From Candidatus Binatia bacterium (GTDB taxonomy: Bacteria; Desulfobacterota; Binatia; UBA9968; CAXXLF01): a stretch of 64,000 nucleotides of DNA. The stretch lies in assembly GCA_963664015.2 (NCBI GenBank), contig CAXXLF010000002.1:640001-704000 (forward strand), in the 5' to 3' direction. A program made the position numbers and the translations under genes. Positions 20,518 to 30,814 of the stretch are shown here, in pieces (the stretch's first letter is position 1; each line of letters opens with the position of its first letter). Below the pieces are notes generated by a model that made no database searches, was not told where the DNA came from, and was given only the letters and a program-made list of their open reading frames with translations.

Positions 20518-21951
20518 TCACGATTTTCCGAAAGGATTCGAGCGGGAAGGTAATGGGGGCGCACCGGTGGGTAGGAATTCCTCAAGGCGGACGGTATCCC
20601 CTCCCATAGGGCTCAGGCGTTCGAATTCAAGACGCTTTGCAGGATCGCACTCCGGCGGTTTGGTGGCATCGATCATGACCTTACCTCCGATTCGGTGCCA
20701 CCCAGGACTTCCCGGCGTTCCCACCTGGCGGCACGATGGGTCCATAGCGTGAATCTTAGTACCGGAAATCACGGTGATATCCTCTTCTGGATCGACCCGG
20801 GTCGAGATTGCCCACAACACGTCGGCGTAATTGAAGATGTCCACGTCCTCATCGACGGCGATGGCGACTTTGGGGTGCTGGTACTCTCCGGAAAGGGCCG
20901 CCATAAGCACGTTTTTTACCTCGCCGTAATACCGCGGGGTCATCTGGATCACAACACCGAATATGCCCGGTAGCACAAGCACGTTCTTGATGTTGGCAAA
21001 GCCCCCAACGGTCCGGATGCGGCGCAAGATCTGTCCCGACATGGGGACCTTATGGTACACGCAGCCCTCGACTTCGGCCCCGTTTTGAATGTTCTTAAAG
21101 ATGGCGTCGTTACGCATCGTAACCGCGTTGATCTTGAGTACCGGGTTTTTACCGGAACCGGCGAGGTAGTAGTCCTGGAACTCGCTAAATGGGCCTTCCT
21201 CTTCCCGCACGTTGGGTAGGATCTCCCCCTCGATAACAATCTCAGCATTGGCTGGCACTTCGAGATCCACCGTCTCGCACTTGACCAATTCAACGTCCTC
21301 CTGAAGGAGGGCTGAGGCCAATTCCAATTCATCCACCCCATAATCCGTCGTGGTGGCCGCGGCAAAGTAGTACATCGGGTGATGTCCCACCATGATCGCC
21401 ACTGGCATGGGCTTATTCTCCTTTTCGTACTGTTGGAAATTCATCCAGTTATGCCTTGGGTATAAAAGCACCCCGGTCTTTCTAGGCCCCTTTAACTGTA
21501 GCCGGTGAAAGCTCATGTTTCTCGCACCCGTGATCGGGTTTTTGGAAATCATCAATCCGGAGGCAATGAAGGGCCCTCCGTCTCTCTTCCCCGCCTGATG
21601 GATTGGCATCTTGCTGATGTCGACGTCATCGCCCAGCATGATTTTCTCTTTGACCGGGCCCGTATTGACCATGCGCAGAGTACCCGGTTGGGAAATCCGT
21701 CGCACGAATTCGGGAACCATTTCGTCTCTATGACAATCAAAGGCCAATGGTGCCATCTCTACGTTACCCGGAGCCTGGCCTAGACATCGCCAACCGGGAA
21801 ATCCGGTCAGATTATCGAAATACAGGGCACGAGCCCGTGCCTGCCACAACAAGGCTCCCATCTGCGTTCGGGGGTCCACTGGCTTGCTGATCTGCGCCAA
21901 AACACCCGCCGTTTCCAATTGATCAATCCACGTTCGCATATCTTTTGCCAT
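20518..21951 (-). CDS. UbiD family (prFMN-dependent) decarboxylase
   Basis: DGGPFI, NMSFHRLQ, EIVIEGE, EGPFSEF and VDEDVDI motifs. Confidence 0.92.
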   Translation of the reverse strand: MAKDMRTWIDQLETAGVLAQISKPVDPRTQMGALLWQARARALYFDNLTGFPGWRCLGQAPGNVEMAPLAFDCHRDEMVPEFVRRISQPGTLRMVNTGPVKEKIMLGDDVDISKMPIHQAGKRDGGPFIASGLMISKNPITGARNMSFHRLQLKGPRKTGVLLYPRHNWMNFQQYEKENKPMPVAIMVGHHPMYYFAAATTTDYGVDELELASALLQEDVELVKCETVDLEVPANAEIVIEGEILPNVREEEGPFSEFQDYYLAGSGKNPVLKINAVTMRNDAIFKNIQNGAEVEGCVYHKVPMSGQILRRIRTVGGFANIKNVLVLPGIFGVVIQMTPRYYGEVKNVLMAALSGEYQHPKVAIAVDEDVDIFNYADVLWAISTRVDPEEDITVISGTKIHAMDPSCRQVGTPGSPGWHRIGGKVMIDATKPPECDPAKRLEFERLSPMGGDTVRLEEFLPTGAPPLPSRSNPFGKS

Positions 21952-22098
21952 ATGAAACCTCCGATCGGCTGAGTGCTTTCCTCAAGTCACTCCATTGATG
22001 TCACGCGCACTCGCCCATGGAACCAACCATCTTAAATTCCAAGAGTTGTCTTAAGCCCACTTTAGACTGAATTTCGCAAGATGGTTTTCAGCCGCACA

Positions 22099-22719
22099 TC
22101 AACCTCTAAACCCGGTCATATACGGGAGTTTATAGGCCACTTCCTTTACCTTTCCCAAATTGCCTCGCAACAGCGATGTCGAATCCCACGCCCCGGTCGT
22201 CAGGGCATTACGATGGGTTTCTGGTAGATCTATTGAAATCTCCTTCCCATTGTAGGACAGGATTTTGGATCGGAGATCAACGGTAAAAGAAGTGTCCGAG
22301 GCGCTTTCCACAGTTTGCATCAACTCACCAATCGCCTCTGGGGAAACCATGACCGTAGGAATCCCCAGCATGATACAATTCCCCGCAAATATGGCGGCGA
22401 AGGACTCACCGACGATGGCGTGAATCCCAAAGCGAAGAATGGCCTGTGGGGCGTGCTCACGGGATGATCCACAGCCGAAGTTTTTGTTGACGAACAGGAA
22501 CGAGGCCCCTTTGTACTTTTCATCGTTGAAAGGGTGGCTTTTGGGGGTTCCCGATGCATCGAACCTCTCATCGTAGAAGGGATATTCGCCCATTCGCTCA
22601 AAGGTCACCTCTTTTAAATAGCGCGCCGGCAAAATACGATCCGTATCTATATCATTGCCGCGTACAGGAAGGGCAGTTCCGCTGATGCGGGTTACTTTGG
22701 GGTCACTTATGGCACTCAT
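22099..22719 (-). CDS. leuD: 3-isopropylmalate dehydratase small subunit
   Basis: DIDTDRI, NFGCGSSREHAP and SFAAIF motifs. Confidence 0.93.
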   Translation of the reverse strand: MSAISDPKVTRISGTALPVRGNDIDTDRILPARYLKEVTFERMGEYPFYDERFDASGTPKSHPFNDEKYKGASFLFVNKNFGCGSSREHAPQAILRFGIHAIVGESFAAIFAGNCIMLGIPTVMVSPEAIGELMQTVESASDTSFTVDLRSKILSYNGKEISIDLPETHRNALTTGAWDSTSLLRGNLGKVKEVAYKLPYMTGFRG

Positions 22720-22743
22720 CTAACGCCTCCTTACGCCTCCCAA

Positions 22744-22951
22744 CAGGCTACTTAAAAGACACTCAAATGCTAACAGCCTGCTTCAAGCCGGCGATTTCAA
22801 AAGTTGCGGTTGATCGGCCGGGGAATTCTTCCGCTCAGAGCAAAATCACTCCAATGTACCGCTTAAGTACGCCGACCCTCATCAATTTTTGGCACGCCGT
22901 TCGGCTGAGCTAGGTCGAGACCTCGCCTCTGAGATCTTTTTGACCAGCCTG
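22744..22951. mobile_element. MITE-like element between leuC and leuD
   Basis: Left end CAGGCTACTTAAAAGA; right end reverse-complements to CAGGCTGGTCAAAAAGA; about 208 bp, non-coding. Confidence 0.5.
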
Positions 22952-22975
22952 CATCCTGATTTTTTCAAAATCCTG

Positions 22976-24373
22976 CTAGTTGTATTGCCGCACGTCCACT
23001 ACCTTGCCGTTCAAAGCGGCGGCAACGACCATGGCCGGGCTCATGAGCAGGGTGCGCCCGCCCGGACTTCCCTGCCTACCAATGAAGTTACGGTTCGACG
23101 ACGAAGCACAGATTTCTCTTCCGTTCAATTTATCGGGATTCATGGCAAGGCACATGGAGCATCCGGCTTCCCTCCAATCAAATCCCGCATCTCGAAAGAT
23201 TCGATCCAGCCCTTCTTTTTCGGCCATGGACTTGACCTCTGCAGAGCCCGGCACCACCAGTGCCCGGACATCCGAGTGGACCCTCTTACCGGCAGCAACC
23301 TTCGCAGCGATGCGCAGGTCGCTGAGCCGCGAGTTGGTACAGGAACCGACAAAGGCCACATTAATAGGCGTCCCCATTATGGGGCTTCCAGGCTGCCACC
23401 CCATATGTTTGTAGGCGAGTTTGGCCCCCTCTGGATCGGAGAAATTCTCGGCTAAGGGAAGCTTTTCAAATATGCCTACCGCCTGTCCCGGGTTAATTCC
23501 CCAGGTGACTGTGGGCTCTATCTGCGCACCCTCAACATCAACGACGTCGTCGTATCGGGCATTGCCATCGGAAGTCACCGACTGCCAGTAAACGACGGCC
23601 TTTTCGAATTCGGCGCCCTTGGGGACATACTTTTTGTCTTTCAAGAACTGAAAAGTTGTCAAGTCCGGATTGACATAACCGATCAGGGCACCTCCCTCAA
23701 TGCTCATATTACAGAGAGTCATACGCTCTTCCATATTCATCTTCTCGATGACCGGACCGCCGTACTCGTACGCAAACCCCTTTCCTCCCCCAACCCCCAG
23801 TGTACGGATTATGTAGAGGATCACGTCTTTGGCATAAACCCCTTGGGCCAGACCGCCATTGACGTTGATTCTGCGCACTTTTAGTTCATCCATGGCGAGG
23901 GTCTGCGTCGCAAGCACATCACGGACCTGGCTCGTGCCTATGCCAAAGGCGAGGGTCCCGAAGGCCCCGTGGGTACTGGTGTGGCTATCACCACACGCCA
24001 ACGTCATCCCCGGTTGGGTTAACCCCAACTGGGGCCCGATCACATGGACAATCCCCTGATTTTCGCTATCCAGTCCAAATAATTCGATTCCAAACTGACC
24101 TGTGTTTTTTTCCAGCGTTTGCGTCAATTCCTCGGCTTGGGAATCCTGGAACGGGCGAGAACGGTTATCCGTGGGAACAATGTGGTCGACGGTAGCAAAG
24201 GTCCTCTCGGGAAAGGCAATATCCAATCCCTTTTCACGTAACATGTCGAAGGCGGGTGCCGTCGTAATTTCATGGATTAGATGGAGTCCGATAAAGATCT
24301 GGGTTTGACCGGTGGGGAGCTTGTCCACCGTGTGGGAGTCCCAAATTTTATTATACAAAGTGTGCTTTGCCAC
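22976..24373 (-). CDS. leuC: 3-isopropylmalate dehydratase large subunit
   Basis: [33 protein letters not shown] and NRNFIGRQG motifs. Confidence 0.96.
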   Translation of the reverse strand: MAKHTLYNKIWDSHTVDKLPTGQTQIFIGLHLIHEITTAPAFDMLREKGLDIAFPERTFATVDHIVPTDNRSRPFQDSQAEELTQTLEKNTGQFGIELFGLDSENQGIVHVIGPQLGLTQPGMTLACGDSHTSTHGAFGTLAFGIGTSQVRDVLATQTLAMDELKVRRINVNGGLAQGVYAKDVILYIIRTLGVGGGKGFAYEYGGPVIEKMNMEERMTLCNMSIEGGALIGYVNPDLTTFQFLKDKKYVPKGAEFEKAVVYWQSVTSDGNARYDDVVDVEGAQIEPTVTWGINPGQAVGIFEKLPLAENFSDPEGAKLAYKHMGWQPGSPIMGTPINVAFVGSCTNSRLSDLRIAAKVAAGKRVHSDVRALVVPGSAEVKSMAEKEGLDRIFRDAGFDWREAGCSMCLAMNPDKLNGREICASSSNRNFIGRQGSPGGRTLLMSPAMVVAAALNGKVVDVRQYN

Positions 24374-24621
24374 GTTTACATCCCTCCCTAGAGAAGCATC
24401 CTAGCTTTCTACGCCTCCGACTTCAAGCATGACGAGGACTTCTCCATGACTCAGCGCTCAATCATCTGCTGATCAGCGGCCTGCTTTCACCCGTCCTGCC
24501 CAGATTTGGCCAATTACCCTTGAAGAAATAATATTTCCAATGTGTTAGACCAATCAGCAAGAACCGACACTTAAGCTTTAAAAGAGCTCAGTATCTTGCT
24601 TATTATACCTGAAGCAAAGGC

Positions 24622-24885
24622 ATGATGGCCCTTGCCACTGCCCGACAGTTCAAGCCCGATTTGATCCTGCTTGACGTGGTCATGCCGGACATCGACGGCG
24701 GTGAAGTCGCCTCTACCATCATGGCCGATGAAGAGATCAAGAATACACCGATCGTGTTCTTAACCGCAGCAGTTGGAGAAGACGAAGAAGGGGTTATATC
24801 GGGTTATCCCTTTATGGCCAAGCCGGTCAATTCGGACGATATGATCGAGCGAATCGAGAAACGCCCTATGAAATCAGTCGCTTAA
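24622..24885 (+). pseudogene. N-terminally truncated response-regulator receiver domain
   Basis: PDLILLDVVMP, VFLTA and AKP are present; the first strand with the acidic pair is missing. Confidence 0.6.
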
Positions 24886-25278
24886 CGCCCAACCCAGACG
24901 TCCCGATCACACCCTCAACGGTTCAGTCCATCGTCCCTCAATAGAAACAACGGTTTCCACCGCCGGAAGTCTAAACATCAGGTTATCTCAGAATTTTCTG
25001 TCGTTCGCCACACACCCTGAGACTTTTCCTTGCACCATTCGCCTGACTTAGGTAGGCTTAGGCAACGTAAAATTCATAGTGCGCATGGGTTGTCTAGCTA
25101 CAGCCTCTCCTTCTGCGAAGGATCCATCTCTTGCCCGAACAGGTTTCGAGATTCAGCTTCATGAGAAGTGTTCGTCCATCCGGAAGCGGATTGGTCACAT
25201 GACGGCCCCCTCGAGTATTTATCAAATAGAGTGCCACGTCAGTTGACCAGTTAAAGGAACAGGGAGGTCGGACCGTTC

Positions 25279-26310
25279 ATGGGACAGGAAACGAATTCAC
25301 ATATTTTTTCTCGCAAGCAACAGGATTGGCACTTGGTCGCCCCGTCCATTTGGGCCATGAACGGACAGCCGGCGGCACAGGACCCAGCTCTCGCTCTTTT
25401 AAAGACCCTTTTCGACCAACCACCGTGGTTGCAGGCCTTTCACCTTTACGACGAGAAGGGATCCCATCTGTTCGAACAGATCTGCGAACTCCCCGAATAC
25501 TATCCGACACGGACGGAAGAATCGATTCTGGAGCAACAAGCGGCGAAGATCATCGGCCTGGCACCGGTGGAATGCATCGTCGAGCTAGGTGCGGGTTTTT
25601 CTAAAAAGACCGTGCACCTGTTGAGAGAACAAACGCGCCAAAGGCAACGGGCCATCTTTGCGCCGTTGGACGTGAGCATTACCGGGCTGGAGGTTTCGAG
25701 AGACGCCGTGGAAGAACAATTTCCACAATTGACCTTCCAAGGGATTCAATCACTGTTTGACCAGGGAATTGCGTGTATCGATAAGGAACTGCCAACTCTC
25801 TTCGTCTTCCTGGGCAGCACGCTGGGAAACTTGAGTCAACCGGAGTTTATTCAGTTTTTTGAACACCTTTCCGATTCCATGGGGCCCCATGACTTCCTCT
25901 TGCTCGGAGTCGATCGAGTCAAAGACACGGATGTGCTGAGCAGGGCTTACGACGATTCGCAGGGGATTACCGCGGCTTTTATTCTCAACGTCTTTGACAA
26001 TATCAACCGCCTACTCAACAGCAACTTCGATAGGAGCAAGATGAAGTTTGATTCCAGGTACAACTCGGACCGACAACGGATCGAGATGTCGTCTATCGCC
26101 ACCAGCACACAGGAAATTCACTTCCCAACCCGCGGGGCATCCTTTAAATGGACCGAGGGGCAAAGGATCCTGGTAGAGATCAGCCGGAAGTTCATTCCTT
26201 CCGCTCTATCAAAACAGCTTCAGTTCTTCGATTTAGAATCTGTCGGCCATTTCACGGATCCCAAGGAGTGGTTTTCACTTCTCCTGTTGAAAAAATCCCT
26301 GACCACCTGA
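25279..26310 (+). CDS. egtD: L-histidine N-alpha-methyltransferase (EgtD family)
   Basis: YDEKGSHLFEQICELPEYYPTRTE, ELGAG, FLGSTLGN, AYDD..G.TAAF..N, IEM and EISRKF motifs. Confidence 0.88.
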   Translation: MGQETNSHIFSRKQQDWHLVAPSIWAMNGQPAAQDPALALLKTLFDQPPWLQAFHLYDEKGSHLFEQICELPEYYPTRTEESILEQQAAKIIGLAPVECIVELGAGFSKKTVHLLREQTRQRQRAIFAPLDVSITGLEVSRDAVEEQFPQLTFQGIQSLFDQGIACIDKELPTLFVFLGSTLGNLSQPEFIQFFEHLSDSMGPHDFLLLGVDRVKDTDVLSRAYDDSQGITAAFILNVFDNINRLLNSNFDRSKMKFDSRYNSDRQRIEMSSIATSTQEIHFPTRGASFKWTEGQRILVEISRKFIPSALSKQLQFFDLESVGHFTDPKEWFSLLLLKKSLTT

Positions 26311-26395
26311 TTTGCGTGGGTGACCCCATTCACCCCTTTGGGGATTTCGACATTCGACGACTCTTTCTAGGACAGAGGATTCCCAAACCGCTTTT

Positions 26396-27820
26396 ATGAC
26401 CCGAAGGTGGTTCATATTTTCTTTTGTAGGCCTGGGTGTATTCCTTACCACCAGTGGCTTGACCATCGTTAACGTCGCGCTTCCTTTCATTACCGAGGAC
26501 TTTGGCTCTGATATTCGCAGCGCTCAATGGATCCTGCTGGGTTATCTCCTGGCCACATCCAGTACACTGATCAATTTCGGCAGGCTTGGGGACATGGTGG
26601 GTAGTTTACGGGTCCATACCATCGGATTTGTGATCTTCATTGCAACCTCCATCCTCTGCAGCCTCGTCACTTCCGTAGAGATGCTCATCGCCTTTCGCGT
26701 AGGCCAAGCCCTGGGAGCCTCTATGATCATTGCCACCGGTCCGGGTATCATCACTGCATCATTCCCACCCGAACAAAGAGGGAAGGCCGTCGGATTGCAA
26801 GGAATCGTGGTGGGCACGTCTCTCTCCCTTGGTCCGACTTTGGGAGGACTCTTGACTGGGGTGTTTGGCTGGAGATCGGTCTTTTGGTTCAACGTTCCCG
26901 TTGGCCTGCTGGGTCTTCTCATGAGCACCTTTATTAAAGGACCGGCAGAAGAGCATAAGAAGGTTGAGATCGATATCCCCGGCTCCCTCCTGTTCTTTGC
27001 TGCAATCGCCTGTCTCGTCTTGGCCACCCACCGGTCAGGGGACCTAGGTTGGTCTTCTCCAACGATCGTGAGCCTCATGGCTTTTTCTGTTCTGTTGAGC
27101 CTGGCATTCGTTCAAGTTGAGCGGAAGAAATCCAACCCCATGCTTGATCTGACCCTGTTTAAAAACCGGGTCTTCACACTCGCTCAGTTAGGAAACTACC
27201 TCAGCAACATGACCATGTTCAGTGTCTTGTTTCTCATGCCCTTCTATCTGGTTCAGATTCGTCAATCCTCTGCCGAGACTGTAGGACTTTTACTGCTTCC
27301 CCTACCGCTCACCATGGTGTTCGGTGGCCCGATTAGCGGCTATTTGACCGATCGTCTGGGGACCAAGTGGCTATCCATATTAGCCATGGGCTTTCTATGC
27401 GCCGGTTTACTTTCCCTCTCGACTTTAGAACGGGACTCGTCCGCCGTCGGAATCATGGTGCGGTTGATCATCCTGGGCACGGGCCGTGCGTTCTATCGCT
27501 CTCCCAACCTGACCGCAATTCTCAGCTCGATTACTAAAGACCGGCTCGGGGTAGCAGGGGGAATTTACGCCACCATGCGTCACCTGGGAAATATCTCGGG
27601 GGTTGCCCTATTGGGAAGCTTTTTCAACGTGCGCGTGGCCCATTATCTCCAAGTTGCCGATTTGAACCAAACCCTGAGAAGCGCCTCATCCCTGGATGCC
27701 TTCCGCGAAACCTTTCTCCTCGGGCTGTGCGTCGGTCTCCTTGGCCTCGTCCTGGCAACATTCCAGAAAGAACTCAAGACCACCGGGACATCCTCCGAAC
27801 CCACCACCGCCAAAAACTAG
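26396..27820 (+). CDS. DHA2 (EmrB/QacA-type) MFS transporter
   Basis: About 14 hydrophobic segments; IVNVALP, GRLGD, GPTLGG and WRSVFWFNVPVG motifs. Confidence 0.9.
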   Translation: MTRRWFIFSFVGLGVFLTTSGLTIVNVALPFITEDFGSDIRSAQWILLGYLLATSSTLINFGRLGDMVGSLRVHTIGFVIFIATSILCSLVTSVEMLIAFRVGQALGASMIIATGPGIITASFPPEQRGKAVGLQGIVVGTSLSLGPTLGGLLTGVFGWRSVFWFNVPVGLLGLLMSTFIKGPAEEHKKVEIDIPGSLLFFAAIACLVLATHRSGDLGWSSPTIVSLMAFSVLLSLAFVQVERKKSNPMLDLTLFKNRVFTLAQLGNYLSNMTMFSVLFLMPFYLVQIRQSSAETVGLLLLPLPLTMVFGGPISGYLTDRLGTKWLSILAMGFLCAGLLSLSTLERDSSAVGIMVRLIILGTGRAFYRSPNLTAILSSITKDRLGVAGGIYATMRHLGNISGVALLGSFFNVRVAHYLQVADLNQTLRSASSLDAFRETFLLGLCVGLLGLVLATFQKELKTTGTSSEPTTAKN

Positions 27821-27889
27821 GATAGCAATGGCGGTTTACCATGGTCTTTTGAAAGCATGGATGAGAACCCGGGGGTTCGATGATAGGGG

Positions 27890-28290
27890 CTAGACGGTGC
27901 GACGATCAGCCGATTGGAGCTGGGACAGCACAACCCCGATGTAGGCCAGCAACAGGGCCGAGTAATTAACAGCCATAAACCAGCCTGTGGCCCAGGAGAT
28001 GCCCCTCACATAGGGAGTAGTGAGAGGCCAAAGATAGGGCGTGGGAACATAGGCCAGGCTATGGGTAAAGTTATAGACATAGAAAACGAAATCCGGCAAA
28101 ATGTCCAGGGCAGGCGGCCCAGAGACCCGGCCCAGTATCCGTTGCCCGATCCACTGTGGATGGATAATGCGGAAGAGACCAAAAGAGAAAAGATCCGGCG
28201 CCCTCCTCACGACGACAGCGGTCATGAATCTCTTCCTCCCCTGGGTCGAGACCCCCCCCCACCCCAAAGGCCATGTGCCAAGACATCCTT
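27890..28290 (-). pseudogene. Decayed membrane-bound metal-dependent hydrolase-like gene
   Basis: DVLAHGLWGG N-terminus without an ATG, a frameshift in the G run near 28260, then APDLFSFG, YNFTHS and PTPYLWP; middle region apparently deleted. Confidence 0.55.
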
Positions 28291-28304
28291 GGAAGTCTTA
28301 ACCC

Positions 28305-29093
28305 TCAGCGTGCCTTCTGGCTGAACTTGAAGTCAACCTTGGCTTTTCCATTGGGATCCACCGTGACCCTTTGCACTTGCTTACCCAAGAACTCGTGCCA
28401 CACCTCCAGGTTATAAGCCCCAGGGGGGACATCCGTCAGCTGAAAACCGCCGCCTCCCCCAGTAACAGCGTAATAGGGATGATCGGACACAAAAATCCAC
28501 GCGTTCATCCAGCTGTGCACATCGCATTTGAGCGATATCAACTCCTTCTTATTAAAGACCTCGGTAATCTTCTTGCGGTATTTTGGCTGTGCTCGATTGA
28601 AGGGACTGTTCTTCTCACTAAAAGAGTGAACGTTGTGCAAGACACCATCACTATTGAGGATTTCCAAGGTCGTTCCCACGGGGAAAGCCAGCACATGGGG
28701 GATGTACTTGCAGCCCTTTTGATCCAATACCGGAGTAACGGGTCCCATGCTCTTACCGCTCTGGATATCCGTGATACGAACCACGGCACCCTGGACCCCG
28801 CCGCCGGAGCCTAGCACCAGGGATGGATCCGGTTGACTCTGACCACAGGCTTCCTTGTCCTTACTTACCGCAATCGAAGCTGCCTTCCACGTCCCGTTGA
28901 AAATAACCTTACCGGCGATCGTTCCGCCGTCACGCACGGCTACCGTCTGATAACCCTGCGGCTTTTCAAACGCACCGGTTGATGCGGGAGTTAGGCTCTT
29001 GTCGGGCGGAGATTCTTTTTTATCCCCCGAGCATCCCCAGAAGACAATGGCCACCACTAGCGCCGGTCCCAACCAATTCAATCTAACCTCCAT
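28305..29093 (-). CDS. Lipoprotein with cupredoxin-like and carboxypeptidase-regulatory-like domains
   Basis: Lipobox FWGC; DQKGC.Y.PHV, N.DGVLHNVH, CDVHSWM and PPGAYNLEVWHE motifs. Confidence 0.8.
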   Translation of the reverse strand: MEVRLNWLGPALVVAIVFWGCSGDKKESPPDKSLTPASTGAFEKPQGYQTVAVRDGGTIAGKVIFNGTWKAASIAVSKDKEACGQSQPDPSLVLGSGGGVQGAVVRITDIQSGKSMGPVTPVLDQKGCKYIPHVLAFPVGTTLEILNSDGVLHNVHSFSEKNSPFNRAQPKYRKKITEVFNKKELISLKCDVHSWMNAWIFVSDHPYYAVTGGGGGFQLTDVPPGAYNLEVWHEFLGKQVQRVTVDPNGKAKVDFKFSQKAR

Positions 29094-29372
29094 TTCCCCT
29101 TATCCTCCGATTCTCCACGGACATACAGTGAAAGTCAACCGGTCAGGATTGTGCTTGGTGGATACAACGTGTATCATCGAATAAGCTATCAACATATATA
29201 CGTAAAGCACTTTGGTACTGGCCCTTTTTCACTCTAGTAAATATAGACTCGCCTTAGTCCCTATCCCATGCGCAGCCCCATCAAAAAACGGGGCCAATCG
29301 ATTCATAATTCCCAACCCTATGTTCGCAGGTTCCGAAAGACACTGATAATATTGGATCCGGATTAACGACCC

Positions 29373-30656
29373 ATGGTAGCGAATTTTTTTTACGGCTACG
29401 TCATTCTGGCCCTTTGCTTTCTCAACATGATTTTTCAGCGTGGGGTCATCGGAGCCTTTGGCGTGTTCTATGTAGCGCTATTGGAAGAGTTCCAATGGAC
29501 TCATAGTTCGGTTGCCACCATCGCCTCGGTCAACGCTCTGGTCTATGCCCTGGTTTGTCCGCTCGTAGGCTGGAGCTTCGACCGTTTCGGCTCGCGAATA
29601 TTGATGCCCTTGGGGGCCCTTTTGATTGGAATAGGGCTCATCCTCTCGGGTCTGAGTCATTCAATCTGGGAACTCTATTTTTCCTACGGAGTCCTGGCCG
29701 GAATCGGCCAAGCGGGGTTGGGATTTGTTACCCAGAGCGCTCTTATCTCTCACTGGTTCGTCCAACGCAGGGCTACCGCGGTCGGAATTGCGGCCATGGG
29801 GATGGGATTAGGGGTCTTGATCATCGTCCCCCTTGCCCAGATCCTCATCGACCAAATGGGGTGGCGAATGGCTTTCATGGCGCTCGCCGGATTGGGCTTA
29901 TGCGTCGTTGTACCCGCCAATGCCATCTTTCAGCGCCGGGATCCAGAAGACGTGGGTCAAAATCCAGACGGTGCTCCATCCGTCCAAATCCATGAAACCG
30001 GTCCCAAACGGGCTAGCGACCCCAGCCATCGCCAGTGGACCATGGGCTCCGTCTTTTGTTCCTTTCCCTACTGGGCTCTCACGATCAATCACCTGGGCCT
30101 GGGATTTGGCAATGCCATGTTCTACACCCACGTTGTGGCCTATCTGGTCCACCAGGGGTTCGACAAGCTCCTAAGCGCCACCATAGTTGGTCTGATTGGA
30201 TTGACGCGTTTCGGAGGTACCGTACTGTGGGGATTTGTCTCTGATCGAATTGGCCGAAGCAAGGCTTACGCTGTGGCCATCGCCATCAACACAGTTGGGC
30301 TTCTATGTTTATTGGCGATTAGCTCTGATTCCCCCTACGTCTTGGCCTATGCCTTTGCCATCCTTTTTGGAATCGGCCACAGCGCTAGCAATCCCACCTC
30401 CGCAGCTGCAGTCGCCGACATCTTCTCCGGCAGCAGAATTGGTACCATCTTCGGTTTTCTCGAAATCAGTTTCGGCCTGGGGATGGCCTTGGGGGCATGG
30501 CTGGGAGGATACGTCTACGACATCACGGGATCCTATCGCTGGGCTTTTATCGTCGGGCTTCTCTCCTTCGTAACCTCATATCTGGCCATTCAGTTGAGCA
30601 TGGCATGGAATGATCGGAGCTTGGCCCGCCTGAGAACGGGCAAGTCTCCAATTTAG
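29373..30656 (+). CDS. MFS transporter (OFA/MCT-like)
   Basis: About 12 hydrophobic segments; FGVFY, DRFGSR, WF..RRATAVG and GYVYDITGSY motifs. Confidence 0.88.
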   Translation: MVANFFYGYVILALCFLNMIFQRGVIGAFGVFYVALLEEFQWTHSSVATIASVNALVYALVCPLVGWSFDRFGSRILMPLGALLIGIGLILSGLSHSIWELYFSYGVLAGIGQAGLGFVTQSALISHWFVQRRATAVGIAAMGMGLGVLIIVPLAQILIDQMGWRMAFMALAGLGLCVVVPANAIFQRRDPEDVGQNPDGAPSVQIHETGPKRASDPSHRQWTMGSVFCSFPYWALTINHLGLGFGNAMFYTHVVAYLVHQGFDKLLSATIVGLIGLTRFGGTVLWGFVSDRIGRSKAYAVAIAINTVGLLCLLAISSDSPYVLAYAFAILFGIGHSASNPTSAAAVADIFSGSRIGTIFGFLEISFGLGMALGAWLGGYVYDITGSYRWAFIVGLLSFVTSYLAIQLSMAWNDRSLARLRTGKSPI

Positions 30657-30732
30657 GAACCCATAGGTTCAAATCTTGGATGACCTTGTCCGCTCGCTGT
30701 GAAATTGCCCCCCAACGTTTTTTAACGATTCC

Positions 30733-30776
30733 TTGACAGGGTTGGGACCATTTTGATAGGAATAGCCGCTATAATC
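30733..30776 (+). promoter_or_regulatory. Promoter region of tctC copy 1
   Basis: TTGACA...TTTGATAGG...GCCGCTATAATCT, same layout as upstream of the second tctC. Confidence 0.45.
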
Positions 30777-30814
30777 TCATTACAGTAACACTAAGACTTG
30801 AGGAGGAATTGCCC

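Noticed and set aside
25085-25246. 53-codon ORF upstream of egtD as a possible leader or precursor peptide
   Set aside because: No clear RBS, motif or repeat structure
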